From positions 5,408 through 69,407 of the IMG/VR virus record IMGVR_UViG_3300011116_000225: a stretch of 64,000 nt of DNA. One strand, written 5' to 3'. Positions 44,677 through 53,610 of this stretch are shown here, piece by piece. The translations under genes and the position numbers were made by a program. The stretch is from a virus. Position 1 is the first letter of the stretch, and every line of letters begins with the position of its first letter. The notes beneath the pieces were generated by a model that ran no database searches, had not been told where the DNA came from, and worked only from the letters and a program-made list of their open reading frames with translations.

Positions 44677-46739
44677 TGGCTACGCAACTACCAAACGTTG
44701 AGCGCGTGCAAGAAAACGTGCGCAGAATGCAGGCTCAGAATGCAACTCAGGCCGATGTTGTTGGATACCTAAAGGCTGAGGGTTACACCCCGACAAGGTT
44801 TGAGGCGGCAGTCGCCAGCGCCAAAAAGGTTGGCGGTCCACCTGTTGAAGCTGGCTTTGGACGGTCCTTACTTCAAGGCTTGACGTTCAACACTGCCGAT
44901 GAGATTGAGGCTGCAATGCGTGCCTTGATGTCAAAAGGCATGAGCGCTTTTGATGCCCAGCAGACCTTGAGTGGTTTGGTAACTGGTCAGCAGCCACAGT
45001 CCCAGTACGAGAAAGAGTTATCCAGAGTCCGCGCTGGCATCAAGCAGTACGAGGAGCAGTACCCTGGCCGCGCATTCACTGGCGAGCTTATGGGTGGCCT
45101 GCTGCCTACGGCTGCGGCCCTGATCGCGGCCCCATTCACTGGCGGTGCTACGGCACCCGCTGCCGCTGCCGGTGCAGCTCGCACTGTTGCTGCTTTGCCA
45201 ACTCTGGGCCAGACAATGGCTCGAGGTCTGGGCTATGGCGCGGCATCAGGTGCGGCTGCCGGTGCTGGCGGCGCCACTGGTGGACTTGAGAGCAGGGTCA
45301 TGGGTGGTGCAATTGGTGGTACTGCTGGTGCTGTCCTGGGCGGTGTTGCTCCAGCAGTCACTGGTGCAGTTGGTGCTGGTGGCCGTAAAGTGCTTGAGGC
45401 AACTGGTCTGATGCAAGCGCCAGACGCTGCCACTAAGGCGCGTGAGTTGATTGCCAAGAAGTTGGCCCAAGAGGGTATATCACCAGAAGAACTGGCGGCA
45501 CGCCAGGCTGCTGTGGTGCGTACCCTTGGGGGCCGGGATGAGACGCTGGCAGACATTGGTGGTGAGGCCGTGCGCCGCCTGGCGCGTGGCTCAATGGCAA
45601 TTCCCAATGCTGCGCAGACAGACGTGCGTCAGATGCTGACAGAGCGTGCCATTGGCGCCGGTCCTCGAATCACTCAAGACATTACTGACTTGACGGCCAT
45701 TGGTGCGCGTGACATTGGTGATGTGGTTGAAGAGATCATCAGGAACAGATCAATGCTGGCATCCCCACTTTATGACCAGGCATATGCCGCCGGTCAGATC
45801 AACTCATTTGCCATTGACAATTTGCTGAAGAAGTCGAAAGACGTGCAGTACGCCATCAATGAGGCACGCAAGCTGCCACAGTATGCAGATCTGCCTGACA
45901 ACCACATGCTGATGCTGGACAAGGCGTACAAGTACGTTGGCGACCTTGCAAACAACGCTAAGTTGTCTGGCAAATCATCTCAGGCCAATGACTTGAATGA
46001 TCTGCGCATTTCTTTGCGCAATGCCATCACGCAAGAAGTGCCTGTTTATGGCAAAGCGTTGGATACGTTCTCCAGCGAATCCCTGCTCAAAGATGCTCTC
46101 GAGCTGGGTGCAAAGAACTTCTTGCGCAAGACCCCGGCAGAGATCAACCGCGAGATTAAGAAATTTCCAGGGGACGCAGAGCAGCAGATGTACCGCCTGG
46201 GCGCGGTGCAATCAGTGCGTGACGAGATCTATGGGATGCGCGAGACGGGCAACATCGCTGACAAATTCCTCAACTCGCGTGAGATGCGGGACCGTATGCG
46301 TACTGTCTTCAACTCGCAAGGTGAGTATGAGACGTTCATCAAGAACTTGGAGCGTGAACGCCAGATGGCCGTGACCAGGTCACGCATTGAAGGTAATTCA
46401 GTTACCACTCCATTGGCTCAGGATGTTGCTGAGATAACTGCTCAATCGCCATCAGAGATGCTGCGAGCTGGCGCTCAGATGGCAGGTGGAGACTTAATGG
46501 GTGGCGCTACCAACTTGATGCGCCAACTTGCACCTCGCCTTCAAGGCATGAATGAAAACGTGGCAGAGCAGATCTCTCGCAGCGTGCTTGATCCCAGGTT
46601 CAACCAACAGCAAGAATTTTTGCTAGGCTTGACCCCACTCATGGATCAACTGCGCAGACAGGCGCTGCAACAGCAGACCCGTGCTGCTGGCACGTCCACA
46701 AGCGCAGGCCAGTTGGTCCCAGGCTTACTCGCAGATTGA
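44676..46739 (+). CDS. DNA ejection protein 3 (copy 2)
   Basis: Homolog of 9506-11563. Confidence 0.7.
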   Translation: MATQLPNVERVQENVRRMQAQNATQADVVGYLKAEGYTPTRFEAAVASAKKVGGPPVEAGFGRSLLQGLTFNTADEIEAAMRALMSKGMSAFDAQQTLSGLVTGQQPQSQYEKELSRVRAGIKQYEEQYPGRAFTGELMGGLLPTAAALIAAPFTGGATAPAAAAGAARTVAALPTLGQTMARGLGYGAASGAAAGAGGATGGLESRVMGGAIGGTAGAVLGGVAPAVTGAVGAGGRKVLEATGLMQAPDAATKARELIAKKLAQEGISPEELAARQAAVVRTLGGRDETLADIGGEAVRRLARGSMAIPNAAQTDVRQMLTERAIGAGPRITQDITDLTAIGARDIGDVVEEIIRNRSMLASPLYDQAYAAGQINSFAIDNLLKKSKDVQYAINEARKLPQYADLPDNHMLMLDKAYKYVGDLANNAKLSGKSSQANDLNDLRISLRNAITQEVPVYGKALDTFSSESLLKDALELGAKNFLRKTPAEINREIKKFPGDAEQQMYRLGAVQSVRDEIYGMRETGNIADKFLNSREMRDRMRTVFNSQGEYETFIKNLERERQMAVTRSRIEGNSVTTPLAQDVAEITAQSPSEMLRAGAQMAGGDLMGGATNLMRQLAPRLQGMNENVAEQISRSVLDPRFNQQQEFLLGLTPLMDQLRRQALQQQTRAAGTSTSAGQLVPGLLAD

Positions 46740-46745
46740 GGTGAA

Positions 46746-48134
46746 ATGATGGCAACTGGTTTACTGGATTACCTCGAGGCAATTGGTGAGACGGGTGCAA
46801 CTCTGGGTAGCGGTGCCGCTGCCACCATGGCCGGGATTCCTTACGGCATCTTGCAAAACATCAGGTCCGGCAAGTACGGCACAAAGGAAGGCGTCAAGCT
46901 GGCCGACAAGGCCACTCAAGACTTCATCAAGCAGTACACCTATGCACCTCGCGGCCAGATGGCCCAGAACGCGCTGCAAAGCGTTGCTGGCCTGCTTGAA
47001 TCCACCAAGCTGCCACCAGTATTGCCAGAGGCCGGGTTGCTGGCCGCGATCCCCAGGGCAGCGTATGCATCTCAACTTGAGCGTGCCGGTATGGCGGCAG
47101 AGCGTGCCATGGAGCCAGTCGCGGCCAACGTGATGGCGCGGGGCGGTTTGCCTGCTCAGTTGTTGACTGATTTGACTCAAGGCACGCGCAGCCAAATGCT
47201 GCCCGGCAACAATGTATTTGATCCAAGGTTTGACGCCAGGAAATTGGAGCAAGAACGACTCAGGAATTTAAAAACAAGCGTTGTTCCAATTTACGACTAC
47301 ACCGTCCCAAAGATTAACCTCGCGGATTATCAAGACTATCCATTCATCACCAGCATGTCAGATCGAACCAGGACTGGTTTGTTGACTGACATTGATGGCG
47401 TCTCATTGAATCGACCTGTTTACTTGCAGGGTGGACAACCTTACATGTATGAAAACCCTGGACAGGTTTGGGCATCAGGCACAAAGCCAGCCAGTGACAT
47501 TTACAAGATGGCGAACATGCTCAAAGAGACAACAGGCAAAGACCCGTTGTATATCCCTTGGGTTATGTCCCCATCAGGCAGTGACTTTGCCAACATGACG
47601 GGCGAAACCATGCTCTCTTATGCGCAGACCGTCATGGGCAAAGACACGAAAAAGGGTCTTGATAGGCAAATCAAAAACAGATTTATTCCAGACTGGCTTG
47701 GCCTTGATGACCCGGCAAGCATTGAGCAATTCAGAAATCTGTCTGACCGCAAACGCAAGTCAATGAAGAAGACATTGCTTGATAAGGAATTCAGAAATGA
47801 AGGCGGCTTGAGCATTGGCGAGGCCAGACTGGCGATTGCAGATCCCAATCAATTGAATTTGCCTGATGCAAGCATTTTGAATGTCGGACAAATATTCCCA
47901 GATCAACCATTGATCATGCAATCAGGTCACGCTGCATACCCATTGGGCGTGCCTGGTCAGGGACTTGGCGCAGTGGAAGGCGGCCAAAACATATTTGATC
48001 TGCTGCTGATGCACCGGCTCAATCGGGGCATCATTGACCCATCCAACCCAAGCAGAAAAGATATTCGCACGCTCGAGATGAAACCCTACGCTGGTTTGCT
48101 TGATGCCGATTTGCTCAAGTCTTTGGGCAATTGA
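46746..48134 (+). CDS. Putative ejected protein of unknown function (replaces the ART-like gene)
   Basis: Same slot and MMAT start as 11570 but unrelated sequence; multiple GLL motifs. Confidence 0.65.
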   Translation: MMATGLLDYLEAIGETGATLGSGAAATMAGIPYGILQNIRSGKYGTKEGVKLADKATQDFIKQYTYAPRGQMAQNALQSVAGLLESTKLPPVLPEAGLLAAIPRAAYASQLERAGMAAERAMEPVAANVMARGGLPAQLLTDLTQGTRSQMLPGNNVFDPRFDARKLEQERLRNLKTSVVPIYDYTVPKINLADYQDYPFITSMSDRTRTGLLTDIDGVSLNRPVYLQGGQPYMYENPGQVWASGTKPASDIYKMANMLKETTGKDPLYIPWVMSPSGSDFANMTGETMLSYAQTVMGKDTKKGLDRQIKNRFIPDWLGLDDPASIEQFRNLSDRKRKSMKKTLLDKEFRNEGGLSIGEARLAIADPNQLNLPDASILNVGQIFPDQPLIMQSGHAAYPLGVPGQGLGAVEGGQNIFDLLLMHRLNRGIIDPSNPSRKDIRTLEMKPYAGLLDADLLKSLGN

Positions 48135-48321
48135 AAAGATATTCTGGCTTGAATTTATTTGCCATCTTTTCGCTGTATCGCAAGGTCAAAAACTCGCGCA
48201 CTGACTCTGGCGTGACCTCTTTGATCTTTGACCCAATGCAATAGAACTCATGCAAGGTGAGCGCCTCAAGAATATCCTTGGACATCTTCACGTCTACATT
48301 GACATACGGGGATAATTTCAC
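48115..48321 (-). CDS. 68-aa hypothetical protein, convergent with and overlapping 46746-48134
   Basis: GTGA-coupled to 48318-48695; copy-2 only. Confidence 0.6.
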   Translation of the reverse strand: MKLSPYVNVDVKMSKDILEALTLHEFYCIGSKIKEVTPESVREFLTLRYSEKMANKFKPEYLFNCPKT

Positions 48322-48695
48322 TTCACTTCTCCAAAAAAAGCAGCCACCAGCGGATCTCTCCTGATCTTCACTTTACGGCCTCGATCACGCGCCTGTCTGA
48401 AGGCTTTGTCATCGAGGGACTCTTTGCGTCTCCACTTGCGGACCCTGTCGCTGACGCTACTGGGCAAAGGCTTGATGGCATCAATGCCAATGCCGTACCT
48501 GTAGACGGCCACCGGGATACCCCTGACCTCTGACCGGGTCCACTCTTGGATGTGGACCAGGTGCTGCCGGCGCAGCCGGTTGATCAGCAGCCTGGCAGAC
48601 CTGTCGGTGCAATGGATCGTCTCAGCCACCTCCGCTGAGGTCAGGCCAATGTCGGTGATGGCCTTGATCAAGCGGGGGAGCTGGGCAGACTTCAT
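48318..48695 (-). CDS. HTH DNA-binding protein (copy 2)
   Basis: Homolog of 12769-13161. Confidence 0.7.
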   Translation of the reverse strand: MKSAQLPRLIKAITDIGLTSAEVAETIHCTDRSARLLINRLRRQHLVHIQEWTRSEVRGIPVAVYRYGIGIDAIKPLPSSVSDRVRKWRRKESLDDKAFRQARDRGRKVKIRRDPLVAAFFGEVK

Positions 48696-48967
48696 TTGGT
48701 GGCGGCAATGATTTCAAGCTCAAGGTCTTTGACCCTCTCGCGCAAGAGCTGCATCTCCTGGTCCATGTCCCGGTACTTGCGCTCCATGCGCTCGCGGGTG
48801 AATGTCTCGCCATGAACGTACCCAATGAGCGTGCCATTGGTGATTGCCTTGCGGATGATCTGCTCATATTCATGTCTGTTAAGAATTACCCCTGCCATGC
48901 CGCCAGGGGCACGCATCTTGTTGACCTCGAGGTCTATCTGTTGTTGCATTGTTTCGCTCATGCTCAA
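48692..48967 (-). CDS. Hypothetical early protein (copy 2)
   Basis: Homolog of 13158-13427. Confidence 0.8.
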   Translation of the reverse strand: MSMSETMQQQIDLEVNKMRAPGGMAGVILNRHEYEQIIRKAITNGTLIGYVHGETFTRERMERKYRDMDQEMQLLRERVKDLELEIIAATK

Positions 48968-49149
48968 GCCCTCCAGACCAAGCAGTCCATCGCCACCACG
49001 ATCAGGCCAATGAGGCTGATCACGCGGATGAGCTTCTCAGCGGTGCTGCACTGATGGACGTGGATCTCGATGGCCGCGCCATTCTCGAGCGAGTTGGGGA
49101 ATGCCTCTGTGAAGGTGCGGGGGAACTTGCGGGTTGTTTCATTTTCCAT
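48964..49149 (-). CDS. Small membrane protein (copy 2)
   Basis: Homolog of 13642-13827. Confidence 0.75.
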   Translation of the reverse strand: MENETTRKFPRTFTEAFPNSLENGAAIEIHVHQCSTAEKLIRVISLIGLIVVAMDCLVWRA

Positions 49150-49420
49150 GGTTCAATTCCTTTAATTTGGTTTCGATTGCATCAACTATTTTTCTGCCGC
49201 TTTTTGACACTGGCCCACCACCGCCATTTAATCCAAAGTGATACCGCAATACATCGTCTGCCAGTATTTCCCTATCGGTCAACCCAACCCAGGGACGCTT
49301 TGAGTAACGCTCTTGAGGAGTCTGAGGAACGCCCCGAGTAATCGGCTGTATTCGATCAAACATCTTTTTTCCAAGATCATAAAATTCTTTGTCTTTGCCC
49401 GTACTGTTGTCAATTGCCAT
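49139..49420 (-). CDS. Hypothetical early protein (KRPWVGLTDREI family)
   Basis: AAGGAG RBS, MAIDNSTGKDKEFY start; copy-2 only. Confidence 0.7.
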   Translation of the reverse strand: MAIDNSTGKDKEFYDLGKKMFDRIQPITRGVPQTPQERYSKRPWVGLTDREILADDVLRYHFGLNGGGGPVSKSGRKIVDAIETKLKELNHGK

Positions 49421-49446
49421 GATTTCACTCCTTGTTTGCATATTGA

Positions 49447-49599
49447 TCACATTACACCTCTCATCTCCCAGCCCAGCAAAAAGTAATTCCAGCGGGTGGT
49501 GATGTTGGGGTTGGTGAACTTGGTCCCGTCCCAGGCCAGATCTGCTGGGGTGTAGCCCTTTGAGATCATCAGGGCCATGAAGACTTGTTGTGCTTTCAT
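49447..49599 (-). CDS. Hypothetical early protein (copy 2)
   Basis: MKAQQVFMALM...GWEMRGVM; homolog of 13857-14033. Confidence 0.7.
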   Translation of the reverse strand: MKAQQVFMALMISKGYTPADLAWDGTKFTNPNITTRWNYFLLGWEMRGVM

Positions 49600-49637
49600 T
49601 GATTCTTGCTCCAATATTTGTCGTTTGCGCCAGCCAC

Positions 49638-49745
49638 TCACAGCGCGTGATACCCATAAAGAAAAAGCTCCACGGCCACCCGGCACAGGAACCCGATAAA
49701 GGGCAGCATCAGTGCCAGTGCCAGTCCAAATTTGAATGCACTCAT
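49638..49745 (-). CDS. 35-aa membrane peptide (copy 2)
   Basis: Homolog of 15118-15225. Confidence 0.6.
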   Translation of the reverse strand: MSAFKFGLALALMLPFIGFLCRVAVELFLYGYHAL

Positions 49746-49900
49746 TTGCTTTGCTCCTTTTGTTTTTGAATTGACTCGCGCAACTGCTGGCGCAGCCAGT
49801 TGACACCGCCCAGGCGTTTCCACTCAGCATAATGCGCCGGGATCAGCCTGGCGCTGACCGTGACGGCCACCGAGGTGATCTCACTCTTGGGTCTGGGCAT
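49742..49900 (-). CDS. RHH-like protein (copy 2)
   Basis: Homolog of 15222-15380. Confidence 0.6.
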   Translation of the reverse strand: MPRPKSEITSVAVTVSARLIPAHYAEWKRLGGVNWLRQQLRESIQKQKEQSK

Positions 49901-49902
49901 CT

Positions 49903-50148
49903 TCATCTCCAGGCCGCAAGGGCCGTTGCAAGGTCTTTGGTGGACACGATAAGCTGATCCAGGCGCATGGACTCATCACGCACGACAAAGAGTCCAGGGC
50001 CGCGCTTGGTGCGTCCCCAGGCATCTTTGCGGTTGACGTTGGAGAGTTGGTTCTTGCGAACTGCGTTGTAGACCTGGTGCGTTGTGAACCCCTCATCCAG
50101 GCACTCGCGCATGGTCCGAGGAACCCGGCAAAAGTCAATGATCATCAT
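49903..50148 (-). CDS. Hypothetical early protein (copy 2)
   Basis: Homolog of 15383-15628. Confidence 0.75.
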   Translation of the reverse strand: MMIIDFCRVPRTMRECLDEGFTTHQVYNAVRKNQLSNVNRKDAWGRTKRGPGLFVVRDESMRLDQLIVSTKDLATALAAWR

Positions 50149-50254
50149 CTTCAAGCTCCTCATCTTCATCAATTGTGGGGGCGTCATCAGGGTGAATGGG
50201 CCGGGTCAAGATCTGCTGCCAGCGCCATTCGGATTCATCGATTTCTGAGTACAT
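50135..50254 (-). CDS. Small acidic protein (copy 2)
   Basis: EWRWQQILTR shared with 15615-15728. Confidence 0.6.
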   Translation of the reverse strand: MYSEIDESEWRWQQILTRPIHPDDAPTIDEDEELEDDDH

Positions 50255-50291
50255 GTTGGTCCTTGAAGCTGGGGCCGTGGCCCCGGCTGGT

Positions 50292-50552
50292 TTACTTGCG
50301 CTCAACGGTGCCGACCAATTCGCCATCCATGATCAAAAACAAAATGTGTTTGGCAATGTTGAGAGTTTGGCGGCTGCGGTCTTGTGCGCCGCCAGCAATC
50401 AATTCTTGAGCATCACTCATCAGGCCAGCAACAACCATGTTGCCGCCTGTGAATTTGTAGGTGATGGAATCTTTGACTGACTCAACGTATGCGTCAATGT
50501 CTGCAAAGCCGTACATGGATTCGTTGCGGCTGGTTTGGGTTGCGTTTGTCAT
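50292..50552 (-). CDS. First early gene, hypothetical (unrelated to the copy-1 gene)
   Basis: AGGAG RBS; MTNATQTSRNESMYG...LMSDAQE. Confidence 0.7.
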   Translation of the reverse strand: MTNATQTSRNESMYGFADIDAYVESVKDSITYKFTGGNMVVAGLMSDAQELIAGGAQDRSRQTLNIAKHILFLIMDGELVGTVERK

Positions 50553-50586
50553 TTCATTTACTCCTGGTTGCGTTGTTGATGAGTGA

Positions 50587-50615
50587 ATCATACATCGTTT
50601 GACCATCTTGTCAAA
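50587..50615 (-). promoter_or_regulatory. Leftward sigma70 promoter with operator palindrome
   Basis: TTGACA-N16-TATGAT on the minus strand; TTTGAC-N6-GTCAAA inverted repeat over the -35. Confidence 0.7.
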
Positions 50616-50658
50616 TCCCCTACGCATTAGTCAACTATTAACCCCATACAATGACCCT

Positions 50659-50754
50659 GGCGGGTTCATCCTCCCGCTGATTGCACCGGGCACTCCACCC
50701 GGGCGCAGTTGCCATTTAGGGGGCCGGTCATCACTGTCTGGCCCCCATTTTTTT
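50659..50754 (+). ncRNA. Candidate three-hairpin sRNA (copy 2)
   Basis: Homolog of 16072-16165; TACAAT at 50647; stem changes largely keep pairing. Confidence 0.55.
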
Positions 50755-50797
50755 GACTATTTGCACAAGTTGTCAAATTGGGGTTAACATCCAAGCC

Positions 50798-51034
50798 ATG
50801 AAAACAACCAACAACCCCATCAAAGACGTTATGGCCAAGGCCAGTGCCGCAGGCTACTCCATGGCCGATGTCTGCCGTGTCGCAGAGATTGACCAGAGTC
50901 AAGCCAGCCGGTGGCTCAGTGGCCGCACCAAGCCACTCTATGCCTCTGTGGTGCGCCTCAATCAGGTGGTCGATGCCATGGTAGCGGCACGCCTTCAAGT
51001 GCTCAACAAGGCCATGGACGAGGCGCTCAAATGA
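50798..51034 (+). CDS. XRE/Cro-like HTH regulator (copy 2)
   Basis: Homolog of 16210-16446. Confidence 0.85.
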   Translation: MKTTNNPIKDVMAKASAAGYSMADVCRVAEIDQSQASRWLSGRTKPLYASVVRLNQVVDAMVAARLQVLNKAMDEALK

Positions 51035-51501
51035 CGCACATAGGCATCGATCCAGGTCTTTCTGGCGCCATCGCGGTGCTCACAGATGACTCTCTCCAGA
51101 TCCACGATATGCCGGTAATGACCGTGGACCGTAATGGCAAAGCCAAGCGGCAGGTGTCAGCAAATGAGCTGGCCGAGCTGCTGAATCTGTACGCAGGCAA
51201 AGACTGCCATGTTTACTGCGAGCGCGTGGGTGCTGTCAGTGGGCAGGGGGTAACCAGCGTTTTTAGTTTTGGCCGCAGTTTTGGAATGATTGAGGGGATT
51301 TTGGCAGCGCTCAAGATGCCGGTCACCTTTGTGGCCCCTGCCACCTGGACCCGTGCCATTGGGCGCAGCCCTGGCAAGGATGCCAGCCGGGCCAGGGCAA
51401 TGGAGCTTTTCCCGAATTACGAATACTTCTTCAAGCGCGTCAAAGACGATGGCCGGGCTGACGCTGCACTCATTGCGCATTGGGGGCGTAAGCATGGATG
51501 A
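51031..51501 (+). CDS. RuvC-like resolvase (copy 2)
   Basis: IGIDPGLSGA. Confidence 0.88.
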   Translation: MTHIGIDPGLSGAIAVLTDDSLQIHDMPVMTVDRNGKAKRQVSANELAELLNLYAGKDCHVYCERVGAVSGQGVTSVFSFGRSFGMIEGILAALKMPVTFVAPATWTRAIGRSPGKDASRARAMELFPNYEYFFKRVKDDGRADAALIAHWGRKHG

Positions 51502-51715
51502 CGCAGAACGCAAAGCCATGAGGGACCAGATTGTCTGGCTCACTCAGGAACTCGAGAAGGCCAGACGCGCAAACCAGGACAAGACGCTGCTCATGGGCCG
51601 AATGCTTAACCCCGAGGATCTGGGGCACGCAGTGAGCAACGAGGTCAGGCAGCTCATCTACACGATCATCATCAACGAGCAGGATGCAGAGAGAGAATCA
51701 TGGAACAAAAAATAA
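51494..51715 (+). CDS. Hypothetical coiled-coil protein (copy 2)
   Basis: Homolog of 17738-17959. Confidence 0.75.
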   Translation: MDDAERKAMRDQIVWLTQELEKARRANQDKTLLMGRMLNPEDLGHAVSNEVRQLIYTIIINEQDAERESWNKK

Positions 51716-52815
51716 TCCTCAGACCGTCAGCAGCGTCACGCTGGATCGCTTGCCCGGCCAGCGTTAAGTTGTCTGTTGGCATCCCAGAGCAACCCTCTGG
51801 CGAGGCCGCGCAGGTCGGGACGGCCATTCACGCCCTGGCTGAGTTGTGCTTTAAGGCCAAGTCTGACCCCAAGGACTATGTCGGAAAGGAAGTGGAAGGC
51901 ATCACCATGACGGCCACCAATGCCGAGTATGCGCAGCTCCACCTCGATGAGATCAAGCGGGTCCATGACGAGTTGGGGCACGTCAGAGTTGAGCGGTACG
52001 TCACCATTGTGGACACTGACGAGGTCAAGCTGGCGGGGACTGCTGACGTTGTGGGCCTGGGGTCTGGCAAGTTGATTGTGTCGGACTTAAAGACGGGCAA
52101 AGGCTGGGTAGACGCTGACTCTCCGCAGCTCAAGATATATGCATTGGGCGCCATCAGATCAGCCGCAAAGAACGGTATCCCACCGCCTGGACAGATCGAG
52201 CTGCGCATTGTCCAACCGCACCATGGTGACGTGCGCAGCCACTCAATGACGTATAAAGAACTCTGGGACTGGTATCAGAACACGCTGCGCCCGGCCATTC
52301 AGGCCAGCACTGACGCAGCATCCCAGCCCACACCCAGTGACTCTGCCTGTCAGTACTGCCCGGCCAAGATCGTGTGCCCTGCCCAACGCAAAGGGTTTGA
52401 GGTCCTCGCGGCCAAGCCAGACCTCAGAACCCTGGACAAGGAACAGATCCAGGCCGTCATGCTGACCCTATCAGTCGAGCAGATCGCGGACCTCTTGGAG
52501 CGTGCGCCAGTGGTCGAGAAATTTATTGACGCTGTGCGTGACCATGCTGTGCAACGTATCAGGAACGGTGAGTCAATTCATGGCTGGCAGATGGTGCCTA
52601 AGCGTGCAACACGCAAATGGACCAATGAGGATGCTGCCTTGCAAGCGCTTACTGACGCTGGCATCGACAAGTCCAAACTGGTCTTAACTGAGATGGTGAC
52701 GCCTGCGGTGGCCGAGAAGCTGCTGGGCAAGGACAAGAAATCCATGGTCGATGACCTCACCACAAAAGAATCATCGGGTTTGACTCTAGGCCGTGCCGTA
52801 GAGATTGCCCAATAA
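51700..52815 (+). CDS. DUF2800 exonuclease (copy 2)
   Basis: Homolog of 17944-19059. Confidence 0.85.
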   Translation: MEQKIILRPSAASRWIACPASVKLSVGIPEQPSGEAAQVGTAIHALAELCFKAKSDPKDYVGKEVEGITMTATNAEYAQLHLDEIKRVHDELGHVRVERYVTIVDTDEVKLAGTADVVGLGSGKLIVSDLKTGKGWVDADSPQLKIYALGAIRSAAKNGIPPPGQIELRIVQPHHGDVRSHSMTYKELWDWYQNTLRPAIQASTDAASQPTPSDSACQYCPAKIVCPAQRKGFEVLAAKPDLRTLDKEQIQAVMLTLSVEQIADLLERAPVVEKFIDAVRDHAVQRIRNGESIHGWQMVPKRATRKWTNEDAALQALTDAGIDKSKLVLTEMVTPAVAEKLLGKDKKSMVDDLTTKESSGLTLGRAVEIAQ

Positions 52816-52867
52816 TCCCATTCCCCCAACCGTGTCAATGACACACAACTCTGAAAGCGAAAGCAAA

Positions 52868-53458
52868 ATGCTAAATCTATCCTCTGGTGGCGGCTCAGGC
52901 TCCTACATTCGTTTCTCCCCCCAGGCCAATGCTTGGACCAATCAAGATGGAGAGATCCAACTTGGCAAAGTGGTCTTTGACATTGACAACATCCAAACAG
53001 GCTGGCTCGAGCTGGGCGTTGGTGTACGTGACTGGCAGCCTGATGCTGCCCTAGGCAAGAAGGGTCCGCAGCCCACTGCAAACCACAAGCGCGGGTTCTC
53101 CATCGTGTTTTATTCCAAGGCACTGGGAACTGTCGAGTGGTCATCCAACGGTGTTGGCCCCAACATGGGCTTGGAGCAGCTCTACAAGCAGTGCTCTGAA
53201 CAGCGTGCTGCAAACCCTGACAAGCTCCCAGTGATCGAATACACCGGCAGCCGAATGGAAAAGATCGGCAAGGGCACAACTCGCATCCCGGCATTTAACT
53301 TAACGGGTTGGATCGCCAGGCCAGCAGGCATGGACGCGCAGACACCGCCAGTTGATGAGTTTGATCCTTTCCCTGCGCCAGTACCGGCACCAGCAGCACC
53401 CGCAAAGGCTGCTCACGCCGCACCCATTCCCGTTCACTCTGACGAGGACTTGTTTTAA
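52868..53458 (+). CDS. Putative SSB (copy 2)
   Basis: Homolog of 19115-19702. Confidence 0.6.
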   Translation: MLNLSSGGGSGSYIRFSPQANAWTNQDGEIQLGKVVFDIDNIQTGWLELGVGVRDWQPDAALGKKGPQPTANHKRGFSIVFYSKALGTVEWSSNGVGPNMGLEQLYKQCSEQRAANPDKLPVIEYTGSRMEKIGKGTTRIPAFNLTGWIARPAGMDAQTPPVDEFDPFPAPVPAPAAPAKAAHAAPIPVHSDEDLF

Positions 53459-53475
53459 GACGTAACGAATTAAGG

Positions 53476-53503
53476 GCCGGGGCTTTGTCCCCGGCTTTTT
53501 TTT
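53476..53503 (+). terminator. Rho-independent terminator (copy 2)
   Basis: GCCGGGG/CCCCGGC followed by T8. Confidence 0.85.
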
Positions 53504-53508
53504 CCCTC

Positions 53509-53610
53509 ATGGAATCAAAAGAAGAATTCTGGCAACTGCTGGTGCTCATGTTGGCGCGGCGGGTGTACGAATTGGAGCAAAGAATTAAAAAAATGGAGAA
53601 GAAGAAGTGA
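53509..53610 (+). CDS. 33-aa coiled-coil peptide (copy 2)
   Basis: Homolog of 19753-19866. Confidence 0.55.
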   Translation: MESKEEFWQLLVLMLARRVYELEQRIKKMEKKK

